The notes under the pieces are model-generated. The model worked only from the letters and a program-made list of their open reading frames with translations, searched no databases and had not been told where the DNA came from. This document shows positions 18,320 to 26,959 of a DNA stretch of 52,531 bases, piece after piece. The translations under genes were made by a program, and so were the position numbers. Position 1 is the first letter of the stretch; every line of letters begins with the position of its first letter. Origin of the DNA: an uncultured Clostridia bacterium (lineage in GTDB: Bacteria > Bacillota > Clostridia > Christensenellales > UBA1242); the NCBI GenBank assembly GCA_947054085.1, contig CAMRVD010000002.1, forward strand, positions 1 through 52,531, read 5' to 3'.

Positions 18320-18535
18320 CTTGATTGTAAAAGGTTTAAAATATTTTGATGCAAATCTAGTTAAAAAAGGACTTACATTGTAAGTGGAGATGTTGCAATG
18401 AAGAGGGGTAGTTCAGTTGATAAAAGTGCTATATTATTAGCTTTGTACTCAATTAAACTCCCCATCAGTTATCCAAGTTATACACGACCCTCTTTAATTT
18501 AAATCCCATAGATATTACCAACGTAAAAACATGTT

Positions 18536-18568
18536 GTCCTGAGCGAGCGATAGCGAGTCGAAAGGATC
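18536..18568 (+). repeat. short repeat family 2, copy a (GTCCTGAGCGAGCGATAGCGAGTCGAAAGGATC)
   Basis: Alignable to 30145-30201 and to the reverse complement of 41124-41158. Confidence 0.55.
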
Positions 18569-18721
18569 GTTTATTTACCTATTTTAAATTTGTCGGGGTT
18601 TGCTTAAAATGACATTTTGCACAAATAGCAGTGTAATTAATATCACTTTGGCAAGCAGTAGATATCAATCGAGAATTTAGTTTAATTAAACCCAAAAAAT
18701 TTTTAACTATTTTATCAATAC

Positions 18722-18760
18722 AAAAAAAACCGCGGTAAAATGATTACCGCGAATTTTTTC
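18722..18760 (+). terminator. orphan intrinsic terminator about 400 nt downstream of tatD
   Basis: CGCGGTAA/TTACCGCG stem, A-run before and T6 after. Confidence 0.75.
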
Positions 18761-18781
18761 TTTCGTATAATTCTTTTGTTC

Positions 18782-18809
18782 TTGACTAGTATTTGCAATT
18801 TGTGATAAT
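18782..18809 (+). promoter_or_regulatory. extended -10 promoter upstream of rsmA
   Basis: TTGACT (18782-18787), 16-nt spacer, TGTGATAAT (18801-18809). Confidence 0.6.
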
Positions 18810-18889
18810 TTTATTAAAGAAAATTAAAATTTATTAAAAGTAATAATTTATTATAAACAAATGTAATTATTTATATCAAATAGGGCAAA

Positions 18890-19672
18890 ATGGAAATTAA
18901 TTTTAAAAAAAAGTTTGGTCAAAATTTTTTAACCGACACAAATTTGCTTATTAGCATAGCAAAAGATAGTCTTGTAAACAAAGATACAACTGTATTAGAA
19001 ATTGGTGCGGGTGCAGGAGCTTTAACACTTGTTTTAGCAAAAACTGCAAAAAAAGTAGTATCTTTCGAGATCGACAAAGAACTTTTACCCGTTTTATCGC
19101 AAAATTTAAAAGATATGGACAATGTTGAGCTTGTATTTGGAGATTTTTTAAAGTTTACCGACGAACAAATTTTAAAAAAGACAGGTGCAGATTTTATTGT
19201 GGTTGCTAATTTGCCTTATTATATTACCAGTCCACTAATATCTAGGTTTTTGTCGGGCAAATTGCACCCAAAAAGTTTAACTATTATGGTACAAAAAGAA
19301 GTGGCGGATCGTATTTGTGCTAGTCCAAAAACTAAGGATTATGGTGTACTTAGCATAATGGTTCAGTTGGTTGCAGATGCTAAAGTCGTAAGGCAGGTAT
19401 CGCGTAAAATGTTTACACCGCAGCCTAATGTTGATAGCAGTATTGTAAAAATAGATACTAAAAAAACCATACAAAATTATGAGCAAATTGTAAATTTTGT
19501 AAAGCTTTGCTTTTTAGCTCGTCGCAAAACATTAGTAAATAATTTAAGTAAACAATATACAAAACAACAGATAAACCAAGCATTTACTGCGTTAAATATA
19601 AGTTTATCTACAAGGGCAGAAGAACTAAATCCACAACAATTTATAAATCTTTATGATTTTTTGATAAAATAG
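18890..19672 (+). CDS. rsmA: 16S rRNA (adenine1518/1519-N6)-dimethyltransferase
   Basis: KKFGQNFL N-terminus, EIGAGAGALT SAM motif and NLPYYITSP motif. Confidence 0.95.
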   Translation: MEINFKKKFGQNFLTDTNLLISIAKDSLVNKDTTVLEIGAGAGALTLVLAKTAKKVVSFEIDKELLPVLSQNLKDMDNVELVFGDFLKFTDEQILKKTGADFIVVANLPYYITSPLISRFLSGKLHPKSLTIMVQKEVADRICASPKTKDYGVLSIMVQLVADAKVVRQVSRKMFTPQPNVDSSIVKIDTKKTIQNYEQIVNFVKLCFLARRKTLVNNLSKQYTKQQINQAFTALNISLSTRAEELNPQQFINLYDFLIK

Positions 19673-19742
19673 TATAAAAAATTGTTTTTTATAATAAAAT
19701 CCGATTATTAATTGCTACGTAAACTTTGATATATTATCTTTT

Positions 19743-20507
19743 ATGGAATATCAAAGTTTTTTTATGCTTTTAAAAAGCTATAAAGTGCAGAATGGTATTT
19801 TTTATAGTACTAATCCGCTTAGTGCAGAGGGTTTTGTAAGAATAAAAAAAGAACAAAAAAATTATAGCTTGGTTTTGCAAATTAATAATTTTAATAAAAA
19901 GACCGATGCATATTTATATTGTAATAATAAATTAAAAAAGTTTAAAATAATATCTAGCACTACTAAACTTAATTTAGATTACGAGTTAGACATAGATACC
20001 ACGTGTGTTTTGCTTACCGATATACAACTATTTGCAGTAAAAAATTCTACTGAAGTTTGTCAAAATGCCATAGAAAAACTAAATGATTTAAAAGTTACAA
20101 AACCAAATATGTTCGAAAAGATTTTTGGTAAAGTTTACGATACATATTTTTTTGATTTATTAAAACCAAAATTAGCTAGCCTTTTTGCGCTAGGTAAAAA
20201 AGTAGATTGTTTAAATTTGATGTATCCAACTAGTAAATGGACAATAGTTAATACCAGTTGTAATAGTATTTTATTAGGAATTATTTACAAGGACAACTTT
20301 GCTTATGCAATAGGTGTAGGTGACGAACAAAGCCAAAATGTTTTAAAAGCAAAGCACGAGGAATATAATGTTTTAAATAGTTTATTAAATAATGATTGTA
20401 ACCAAAATAGCAATAATAGTTATATAAGTAATAATGTTGTGGTTAATGGTAAGACTTATAACTTAATGTTTTTAAGTGCAAGCAACGGCAAATTTATTAA
20501 TATATAA
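19743..20507 (+). CDS. hypothetical protein
   Basis: 254-aa ORF, no recognisable family. Confidence 0.5.
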   Translation: MEYQSFFMLLKSYKVQNGIFYSTNPLSAEGFVRIKKEQKNYSLVLQINNFNKKTDAYLYCNNKLKKFKIISSTTKLNLDYELDIDTTCVLLTDIQLFAVKNSTEVCQNAIEKLNDLKVTKPNMFEKIFGKVYDTYFFDLLKPKLASLFALGKKVDCLNLMYPTSKWTIVNTSCNSILLGIIYKDNFAYAIGVGDEQSQNVLKAKHEEYNVLNSLLNNDCNQNSNNSYISNNVVVNGKTYNLMFLSASNGKFINI

Positions 20508-20530
20508 ATATATAAATATATAAATATAAG
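20501..20530. repeat. 8-bp tandem repeat (TATATAAA x3 plus a partial unit)
   Basis: Read directly from the sequence. The first unit contains the stop codon of the 19743-20507 ORF. Confidence 0.8.
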
Positions 20531-20604
20531 TATAATCCGCCTTGACAAAATTAAAAAAAATATTGTATATTGTAAAGGTAAAAAATTAAGTATAAGGTAA
20601 ATTT

Positions 20605-22128
20605 ATGAAAAAGGTTTTATTATCAATAGTAAGCGTATGTTTGTGCATGGTTTGTGTGTTTTCTTTTGTTGCGTGTAAACCAAAAGACTACGGTACAACT
20701 ACCACAGATACATCTAGGGTAACATCTAATGGGGGCTCGTCTGTTATTTATAATGGCGAATTATACTTTGTAAACGGGTCTGCCACAAACGATGGTAATC
20801 ATAACGGTGGTACAATGGGCAGTATCTATAAAGTAGCAGTAAAAGATAATGGCGAAATTGCTGATAATGCAAGTTACCAAAAAGTTGTAGATTGTTTGGT
20901 TGGCTACAAAAATGGCTCGATAACTATAATCGGTGACTTTTTGTATTATGCAAAACCTAGCACGGCTAAAAATAAAAAGGGCGAAATATTATACAATCGC
21001 ACAGTATTTGAAAGAAAGAATTTAGCTAATGGTTTAACACAAGAGATTTATACAACTGCCGAAAATTCGGAGAGCGAAGAGGTTTCTTACGCCTACTATA
21101 AACATAATGGCAGCGTTAATTTAATAGTATACGAAAAAACAGCTGCGACTTTAAAAAGTTTAAAAATGGGTAACCAAATAACAACCAGTTTTGCTTTAGA
21201 TAAAGTAACATCTGCAGTATTTAGCGACAATATGGGCGAAAGCAAAACCGGAAACATCAGTGCGGATAACTATATATTTTATACTTTAGCAGCGGAAGAA
21301 AATGCTGTGAATACTCAAACAAACAGGGTGTATCGCATTTCTGCAGATGGATCTAACAAGTTGTTATTGCAAGACGATGCACAAGTAAGTTTATTATGTG
21401 TTCGTGCAGGCAAACTGGTATTTAGTGTAAGCTTTGGTAGTGGCTCTAATAAAATAGATTATATTTATGCTTATGATGTTAACCAAAATACAACCGAGCG
21501 AGCTTTATCTGTTGTAGATAGTGTAAATGGAAAAAATCCTAGCGAAAACAGTATTAATAACCTTGTTAGTACTAGCACTTACGAGGATATTATATTTTTA
21601 GAAGAAGGTACAAATTTAAACGAACTTGCGATTTTATTTATAGATGGCAAGGTGCTTAGGTATCTTAAATATAACAAAGGAACAATCGTAAAAGATATAA
21701 AGCTATATACATTTGCTAGTACCCCAACATTGGAGTTTGTAGATACTTATACCGATAATAGCTTAAATAAATCACGTAAATTTGCAATATTTACAAATAA
21801 AGAAAGCAGTAGTTCTAGTTCTTATTTGTATAAAATAGAATTTGGTTTTGATAATCAAGACCAAGTTAACGATGCAAGTCCAGAACCTGTTCAGCTTTCG
21901 TTGTCAAAAATTAATGATGCAATCGGAAATTTAGTTCCAAAAATGATTGGCAATTATATATATGTATTTTCTACCGACGAAGATAAAAATGTCTTGCAAT
22001 ATAGAGTAAATTTTTATACTCCTAAGGATCTGGAAGAACAAAATCCGTCTGGTGGCGATGATAAACCTACCGACGAAGATTTAAAGGTTAAGGAAGGTGT
22101 GCTACTAGGTGGTGCAAACCTATCCTAA
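20605..22128 (+). CDS. lipoprotein, possibly beta-propeller (DUF5050-like)
   Basis: Signal peptide with lipobox FVAC. Recurrent ...LYF/YY... strand motifs. Family assignment is tentative. Confidence 0.6.
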   Translation: MKKVLLSIVSVCLCMVCVFSFVACKPKDYGTTTTDTSRVTSNGGSSVIYNGELYFVNGSATNDGNHNGGTMGSIYKVAVKDNGEIADNASYQKVVDCLVGYKNGSITIIGDFLYYAKPSTAKNKKGEILYNRTVFERKNLANGLTQEIYTTAENSESEEVSYAYYKHNGSVNLIVYEKTAATLKSLKMGNQITTSFALDKVTSAVFSDNMGESKTGNISADNYIFYTLAAEENAVNTQTNRVYRISADGSNKLLLQDDAQVSLLCVRAGKLVFSVSFGSGSNKIDYIYAYDVNQNTTERALSVVDSVNGKNPSENSINNLVSTSTYEDIIFLEEGTNLNELAILFIDGKVLRYLKYNKGTIVKDIKLYTFASTPTLEFVDTYTDNSLNKSRKFAIFTNKESSSSSSYLYKIEFGFDNQDQVNDASPEPVQLSLSKINDAIGNLVPKMIGNYIYVFSTDEDKNVLQYRVNFYTPKDLEEQNPSGGDDKPTDEDLKVKEGVLLGGANLS

Positions 22129-22216
22129 CAGCAGAACTCAGCGAATAACTGCGTTATTAAAAAAATCCCACACGTTGTCTTTACGTTTTAGTAAATACTC
22201 GCGTGGGATTTTTTAT
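22127..22216 (+). repeat. hairpin-repeat family 1, copy at the lipoprotein stop codon (left arm + apical hairpin + T-run)
   Basis: AACAGCAGAACTCAGCGAATAACTGCGTT aligns with the left arms at 25889, 30093 and 36470. CCCACACGTTGTCTTTACGTTTTAGTAAATACTCGCGTGGG aligns with 29175-29217. Confidence 0.65.
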
Positions 22217-22305
22217 GCAATGTGATAATGGTAATTTTGTTGTAAACAGAACATAACTTCTATAAAAATAGTATACAAGATTTGCTATGTGGGCAGTATT
22301 AAATA

Positions 22306-23013
22306 GTGAAGTTAATAGGCCTATGCATAAAACTGGTTTATATTGTACTGGCTATTGTTGGTACTATTTTTTCTACCAGAGCATTTGACGACGTTTTTTT
22401 GCGTGACTTTTATATTTATTATACAAATATTACTAATTATTTATGTTTAATTGCTATGCTTATTTGTTTTATTGTAGAGTATAAGCAATTAAGTAATATA
22501 CTAAAAAATAAAGGTGATAATTTAAATAGTAGAAAATCTGTAGTTCCCCAAAAAGATATAAAAAATAAAACATTAGATAATTTTATTTTTGTATGTGCTA
22601 TTTTAATTTTTGTAACTTTTATAGTTTACAATGTTTGGCTTGCAGACTATAGTTTAAAAAATTATTTTTTGTGCCCATACAATTTACTGTTTCATGTAAT
22701 TTTGCCTATCTGGTTTATTATTTTTGCAATTACAAAAAAAAGTAAATTTACTCCGCTTGCACCCGTGTATGCATTTGCAGGGCAAACAATTTATGTGATG
22801 ATTATATTTTTACGCTCCTTAATAATAAAAAACACTCCTGGACGAATAATTTATCCGTACTTTTTTTTAAACTTCGAAACATTGGGTTTTTGGGGTTCTG
22901 TTAAGTGGCTTTTATTTATGTTTGTGTTTTCGTGTTTTACTGGTTATATTTTGTATTTTATTAATAAACTAATCATTTATTTAAAAAATAAAAATCATAG
23001 TAAAACGGCATAA
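22306..23013 (+). CDS. polytopic integral membrane protein (hypothetical)
   Basis: 235 aa, GTG start, about six hydrophobic helices. Confidence 0.5.
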   Translation: MKLIGLCIKLVYIVLAIVGTIFSTRAFDDVFLRDFYIYYTNITNYLCLIAMLICFIVEYKQLSNILKNKGDNLNSRKSVVPQKDIKNKTLDNFIFVCAILIFVTFIVYNVWLADYSLKNYFLCPYNLLFHVILPIWFIIFAITKKSKFTPLAPVYAFAGQTIYVMIIFLRSLIIKNTPGRIIYPYFFLNFETLGFWGSVKWLLFMFVFSCFTGYILYFINKLIIYLKNKNHSKTA

Positions 23014-23041
23014 ATGAACAACTTTAATTAATAGGATTTAT

Positions 23042-23072
23042 AAAATAAAAATCCACTTAAGTTTAAGTGGAT
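23042..23072 (-). terminator. intrinsic terminator for the minus-strand lipoprotein operon
   Basis: ATCCACTTAA/TTAAGTGGAT 10-bp stem with a T-run on the minus strand. Confidence 0.7.
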
Positions 23073-23098
23073 GCGTATAAATATTTAGTTTAACTAAA

Positions 23099-23515
23099 TT
23101 ATGCCATTAATATTTGTAAAGCGTTGCCGGTAGCTAGGTAAACTACATTGTAATAAGTTCCAAATGTTGTTGTAACACCATTAGAAGAGTAGCCTTGCTG
23201 AGCAAGTTTTAAAACTTTGTTATTATCTTCTTGTTCTAAATAATTTTTAGCATTATCGGCACTTGCAAAAAAGTATATCATTATATATTCTTCAGGAGCA
23301 TCCGTTTCGCCAATCTGCAAAGTAAGAGTACCAACCATACCATTATTATCTGCAGGATAACTTTCGTTTGCAATAGTTATAAAATTTAATTCGCTATTTG
23401 TAAATTTGCTATAAGTTTCGGTTATATTTAAACTTTTGGTGGTTTTGTTACAACCAACAAGTATTACACACAAAGTAGTAATGCTAATTGCTAATATCTT
23501 TTTTAAAGTCTTCAT
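23099..23515 (-). CDS. small lipoprotein (hypothetical)
   Basis: Signal peptide with lipobox LVGC. Its start abuts the stop of the upstream gene. Confidence 0.6.
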   Translation of the reverse strand: MKTLKKILAISITTLCVILVGCNKTTKSLNITETYSKFTNSELNFITIANESYPADNNGMVGTLTLQIGETDAPEEYIMIYFFASADNAKNYLEQEDNNKVLKLAQQGYSSNGVTTTFGTYYNVVYLATGNALQILMA

Positions 23516-24082
23516 TTAATTTACCTTTGCCTTGCTTTTGTTTTTATTTTCGTCAATTACATTTTTAACTTCTTTGTATATAGCGTATGGGTCTACAATG
23601 TTAGCATATTTAAAAACACCAGCATTGTTTATTGGACTTGCCATACTGCCAAATACTATTGTACCAGTATTTTTGCCAATTAATTTGTCTAAAAGGCTTA
23701 CGTTTACAGTTACTGCACCAATCATTTCCATATCTAGGCTTTTAAAGTCTACACCAAATATTCCTTTGCGTATTACTATGCGTTTATTTGTGTAAGCGTA
23801 AAATGTGTTTTTATAATTTAATGCAAAAAATAATATTTCTAAAAATATACATATTGCAATAACGGTAATGGCAACGGTAATAGGTATCCACCAAGGCATG
23901 GTAGTTGTATTACCGGCTGTGTCTTCTACCGAACAGCTATCTGGAACAAACAAAAACAATACCCAAAACCAAAGCCAAAAACCACAAAAGAAGTAAGAAA
24001 AAAACATTTTTGCTTTATTTGGTTTGTATACCTTTATTATTTCTTCGTCTTTGTCTAAAATTGGGTTGAATAAATCCGTCAT
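23516..24082 (-). CDS. membrane protein with bacterial PH domain (YdbS/YdbT-like)
   Basis: Two TM helices followed by YAYTNKRIVIRKGIFGVDFKSLDMEMIGAVTV..., typical of bPH_2. Confidence 0.65.
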   Translation of the reverse strand: MTDLFNPILDKDEEIIKVYKPNKAKMFFSYFFCGFWLWFWVLFLFVPDSCSVEDTAGNTTTMPWWIPITVAITVIAICIFLEILFFALNYKNTFYAYTNKRIVIRKGIFGVDFKSLDMEMIGAVTVNVSLLDKLIGKNTGTIVFGSMASPINNAGVFKYANIVDPYAIYKEVKNVIDENKNKSKAKVN

Positions 24083-24174
24083 AACAATACTCCTTGTAGT
24101 TACATTTATTATGCATTTATATAATACAATATATTATGCAAATATGTAAAATATTTTAACAAAAAAGAGCAATA

Positions 24175-24840
24175 TTAACTGCTCCTTTTTTGTCGTTTTT
24201 GCTTTAAATATTTAAAGCTTTGTGCAAACTTATCTATAAGTTTTAAATTTATAATTAAGGTTAAACATATAACTAAAAATTGATACGCAGCCCCAATTAT
24301 AAATATCATTTCTATTTGTTTAACATGAAGTAGACATACATATAAACTTGCTACAATTAGCCAACCAACCAAACTTAAACTAAATGGGTCTATGCGTTTG
24401 TAAATGCACCTAATAAATATAAACACACTTAAACAATCCAAAGGTTGTATAAATAAAAGTAGTAGCCATTTATTAAAACAAGTAACACCAGAAAGCGATA
24501 ATGCTAGTATTATTATACATGCAACCGAAAACAATATTGCGTTGGCAAGCAGTAGCATTCCGTACTGAAAAAGCCTTTTGCGTTTTTGGCGTTGCTTATA
24601 ATTTTGCTGTGCAAGTTGTTCGTCTAAAGGATTATGTTTATTTACTAAATCATCTATAGTTACATTGTATAATTCTGCTAATTTTTTTAAAGTAAAAACA
24701 TTAGGAGTGGTTTCGCCATTTTCCCATTTACTTATGTTTTTATTGCTATACTTTAATTTATCGGCAAGTTCTAATTGGCTTAAACCTGCTTGTTTACGAT
24801 AATAACTAAGATTTTGTGCTACAATATCTTTTTCTTCCAT
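24175..24840 (-). CDS. XRE-family HTH regulator fused to a multi-pass membrane domain
   Basis: N-terminal HTH (LSYYRKQAGLSQLELADKLKYSNKNISKWENGETTPNVFTLKKLAELYNVTIDDL) followed by about four TM helices. Confidence 0.75.
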   Translation of the reverse strand: MEEKDIVAQNLSYYRKQAGLSQLELADKLKYSNKNISKWENGETTPNVFTLKKLAELYNVTIDDLVNKHNPLDEQLAQQNYKQRQKRKRLFQYGMLLLANAILFSVACIIILALSLSGVTCFNKWLLLLFIQPLDCLSVFIFIRCIYKRIDPFSLSLVGWLIVASLYVCLLHVKQIEMIFIIGAAYQFLVICLTLIINLKLIDKFAQSFKYLKQKRQKRSS

Positions 24841-25032
24841 GCGATCAGTTTATCACAAAATGCTTTTAAAAACAATTAAATATGTATAAATTAATTGTTA
24901 TAATGGTCGATTTTTGACAGTATTCGCTTTTAAAGCGAACAAAAAAACGTATTTGTAGAATAATTTTATTATCTTCGCTTGTAAACTACTAGCATTTTTG
25001 CATATATTATTTACATAAAAAGGAGACAAAAT

Positions 25033-25890
25033 ATGAAGATAAAAATAATAACCGACTCTTGCTGCAGTTTATCTATAGCCGAACTAAACAGATTAGGTAT
25101 AGATTATGTGCAAATGAGTATTTTAATAGACGATCAAAATTTTGATGCTTTTGATTGTCCAATAACCGATCCAGAGGAATATTATAAAAAAATAAAGACA
25201 GCCAAAAAGGTTTCTACTGGGTGTGTAAATGTACAATCTTTTACAGATATATTTGAAAAATATGCACATCAAGGTTGGGATGTTGTATATATAGGATTAA
25301 GTTCGGGATTATCTAGCACATACGACAATGCTGTTCGTGCGGCTAGCGAGGTAAATAAAACTTGTGGTAAACACATTTATGTTGCAGATAGTTTATCTGG
25401 TAGTTTTGCTATTGCAATTATGTTAGAACACGCTGTAAAAATGGCAGCAGAAGGTAAAACGGCAGAACAAATTTGTAAAGCACTAGATAAAAATGGCTTA
25501 AATACCTTGGTTTATTTTATGCCCGAAGATCTACAATTTTTAAGTAGATGCGGCAGACTTAATAAAATTTCTGCAACAGTGGGCAGTATGCTAAAACTAG
25601 CTCCTGTACTTGCTCCTAACGAAGAGGGTAAATTAAAAACTGTAAACAAATTTATAGGCAGAAAAAAAGGAATTAAAAACTTAGGTCTTATGTTTTTAGA
25701 GGGCATAGATATTTCACGCGAAGAAAAAATTTATGTAGGGCACACTGGAGCGGCTTCCGAGGCAGAAGAGATTGCGAACTTCTTAAAACAAAATACACAA
25801 AATAAGCAAATAGAAGTAGGCTACCTAGATTACACCATGGGTAGCAGTTGCGGACCTTGTACTGTGGCTCTGTTTGGCATAAAAAAGTAA
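25033..25890 (+). CDS. DegV-family fatty-acid-binding protein
   Basis: MKIKIITDSCCSL N-terminus and the overall DegV pattern, with AAAGGAGA RBS. Confidence 0.9.
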   Translation: MKIKIITDSCCSLSIAELNRLGIDYVQMSILIDDQNFDAFDCPITDPEEYYKKIKTAKKVSTGCVNVQSFTDIFEKYAHQGWDVVYIGLSSGLSSTYDNAVRAASEVNKTCGKHIYVADSLSGSFAIAIMLEHAVKMAAEGKTAEQICKALDKNGLNTLVYFMPEDLQFLSRCGRLNKISATVGSMLKLAPVLAPNEEGKLKTVNKFIGRKKGIKNLGLMFLEGIDISREEKIYVGHTGAASEAEEIANFLKQNTQNKQIEVGYLDYTMGSSCGPCTVALFGIKK

Positions 25891-25945
25891 ACGGCATAAT
25901 TTAGCACAATACTGCGTTTACTGGTGTTTTCAACACACCTATTAA
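25889..25945 (+). repeat. hairpin-repeat family 1, truncated copy (left arm only) overlapping the degV stop
   Basis: AAACGGCATAATTTAGCACAATACTGCGTTTAC aligns with 22127-22160, 30093-30120 and 36470-36495. Confidence 0.55.
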
Positions 25946-25947
25946 TT

Positions 25948-25975
25948 AAAAAAACAGCAAAATGCTGTTTTTCTT
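25948..25975. terminator. bidirectional intrinsic terminator
   Basis: AAAACAGCA/TGCTGTTTT stem with A/T runs, between convergent genes. Confidence 0.8.
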
Positions 25976-25978
25976 TTA

Positions 25979-26524
25979 TTATTCAATGCTTTTGATAAAT
26001 TTATTTACTTCTTTTATAAACTCATGTCTGCTATTGTTATTTGTTATATAATAATCGGCAATGCAAATAGGGCCGCCCTTATCTAGATTTTCTATTTCGG
26101 AAACATCGCGTTCGTTTGCTTGTTGTAGGGTAAAAGGTCTTATTGGTCTTTTTACAAGCCGATTATACCTTATATTTTTGTTTGTTACAATACTTAGAAC
26201 TATAAAGTTATCACCAAAATTTTCTTTTATAAGTTTATATTCGCTCCAGCTGTATAAACTTTCTATAACAATATTACCATTTTTAAAAAGCTCTTTAATT
26301 TTAGGTAGATATATTTTAGCATATATTCCCATGTCGCCACTAGAACGAAGTTCTTCGCGTATTTGTTTTTCGGTTTCTGGGGTACGAGGTATACCTCTTT
26401 TTTTTAATACCTCCATTGTGGCTTCGCCAAAATAAATTCTTTGGTAACCCGAATTTTCTAAAAGCTCGGTGGCCACGGTTTTACCAGAACCGCACATGCC
26501 TACAACTGCAACTATTTTGTTCAT
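25979..26524 (-). CDS. P-loop nucleotide/nucleoside kinase-like protein (dephospho-CoA-kinase-like AAA family)
   Basis: Walker A GMCGSGKT near the N-terminus, 181 aa. Exact substrate not assignable. Confidence 0.65.
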   Translation of the reverse strand: MNKIVAVVGMCGSGKTVATELLENSGYQRIYFGEATMEVLKKRGIPRTPETEKQIREELRSSGDMGIYAKIYLPKIKELFKNGNIVIESLYSWSEYKLIKENFGDNFIVLSIVTNKNIRYNRLVKRPIRPFTLQQANERDVSEIENLDKGGPICIADYYITNNNSRHEFIKEVNKFIKSIE

Positions 26525-26861
26525 ATTAAATTTTTACCCTTTTTATACTTTTATATTAAATTTAAATAAATAAAATGTCAATCATATTAACTTAAGCTTA
26601 CTTTGTTTTGTGATAATCTTTATTTGTATTTGTTTTAAAAGTTTTAAAAATATAACCTTTACGACAGCAAAAACTGCAAAAATTTTTAACATTGTTAATT
26701 ATGGCATGTAAAATTATAATTGTTAATAAGTGGGTTTTGGTCAGCAAAAATCTAACAAAAACAGCGTTTAAAATTATTAAAAATACTGACATAATGTACA
26801 ACACAAATAAAAAATCAAGCAAATTTTATAATATTTTTATTTTTTGTAAAAAATATATAAA

Positions 26862-26910
26862 AAACTAAATATGGTGTTTTTGTGGTTGACGCCTACACAA
26901 TATGTGGTAT
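26862..26910. promoter_or_regulatory. two NrdR-box-like palindromes overlapping the nrdD promoter
   Basis: AAACTAAATATGGTGT (26862-26877) and ACACAATATGTGGTAT (26895-26910) each match most positions of acaCwAtATaTwGtgt. TTGACG (26886-26891) and TATATT (26908-26913) lie around the second box. Confidence 0.6.
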
Positions 26911-26959
26911 ATTATGACCGTAAGATAAAATTATAACGCAAGGCAAAAGGAGCATTTTT

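Noticed and set aside
18407-18470. tRNA-like string GGGGTAGTTCAGTTGAT...ACTCCCC
   Set aside because: The D-loop-like TAGTTCAGTTG caught my eye. However, the segment is only about 59 nt, has no T-arm (GTTCRANYC), and has only a 4-bp acceptor-like pairing. It is not a tRNA.
26598-26822. 74-aa ORF on the minus strand in the kinase/nrdD divergent spacer
   Set aside because: It has a non-ATG start, no RBS and an extremely AT-rich sequence with no recognisable fold. It lies in the promoter region of nrdD and is most likely not a gene.
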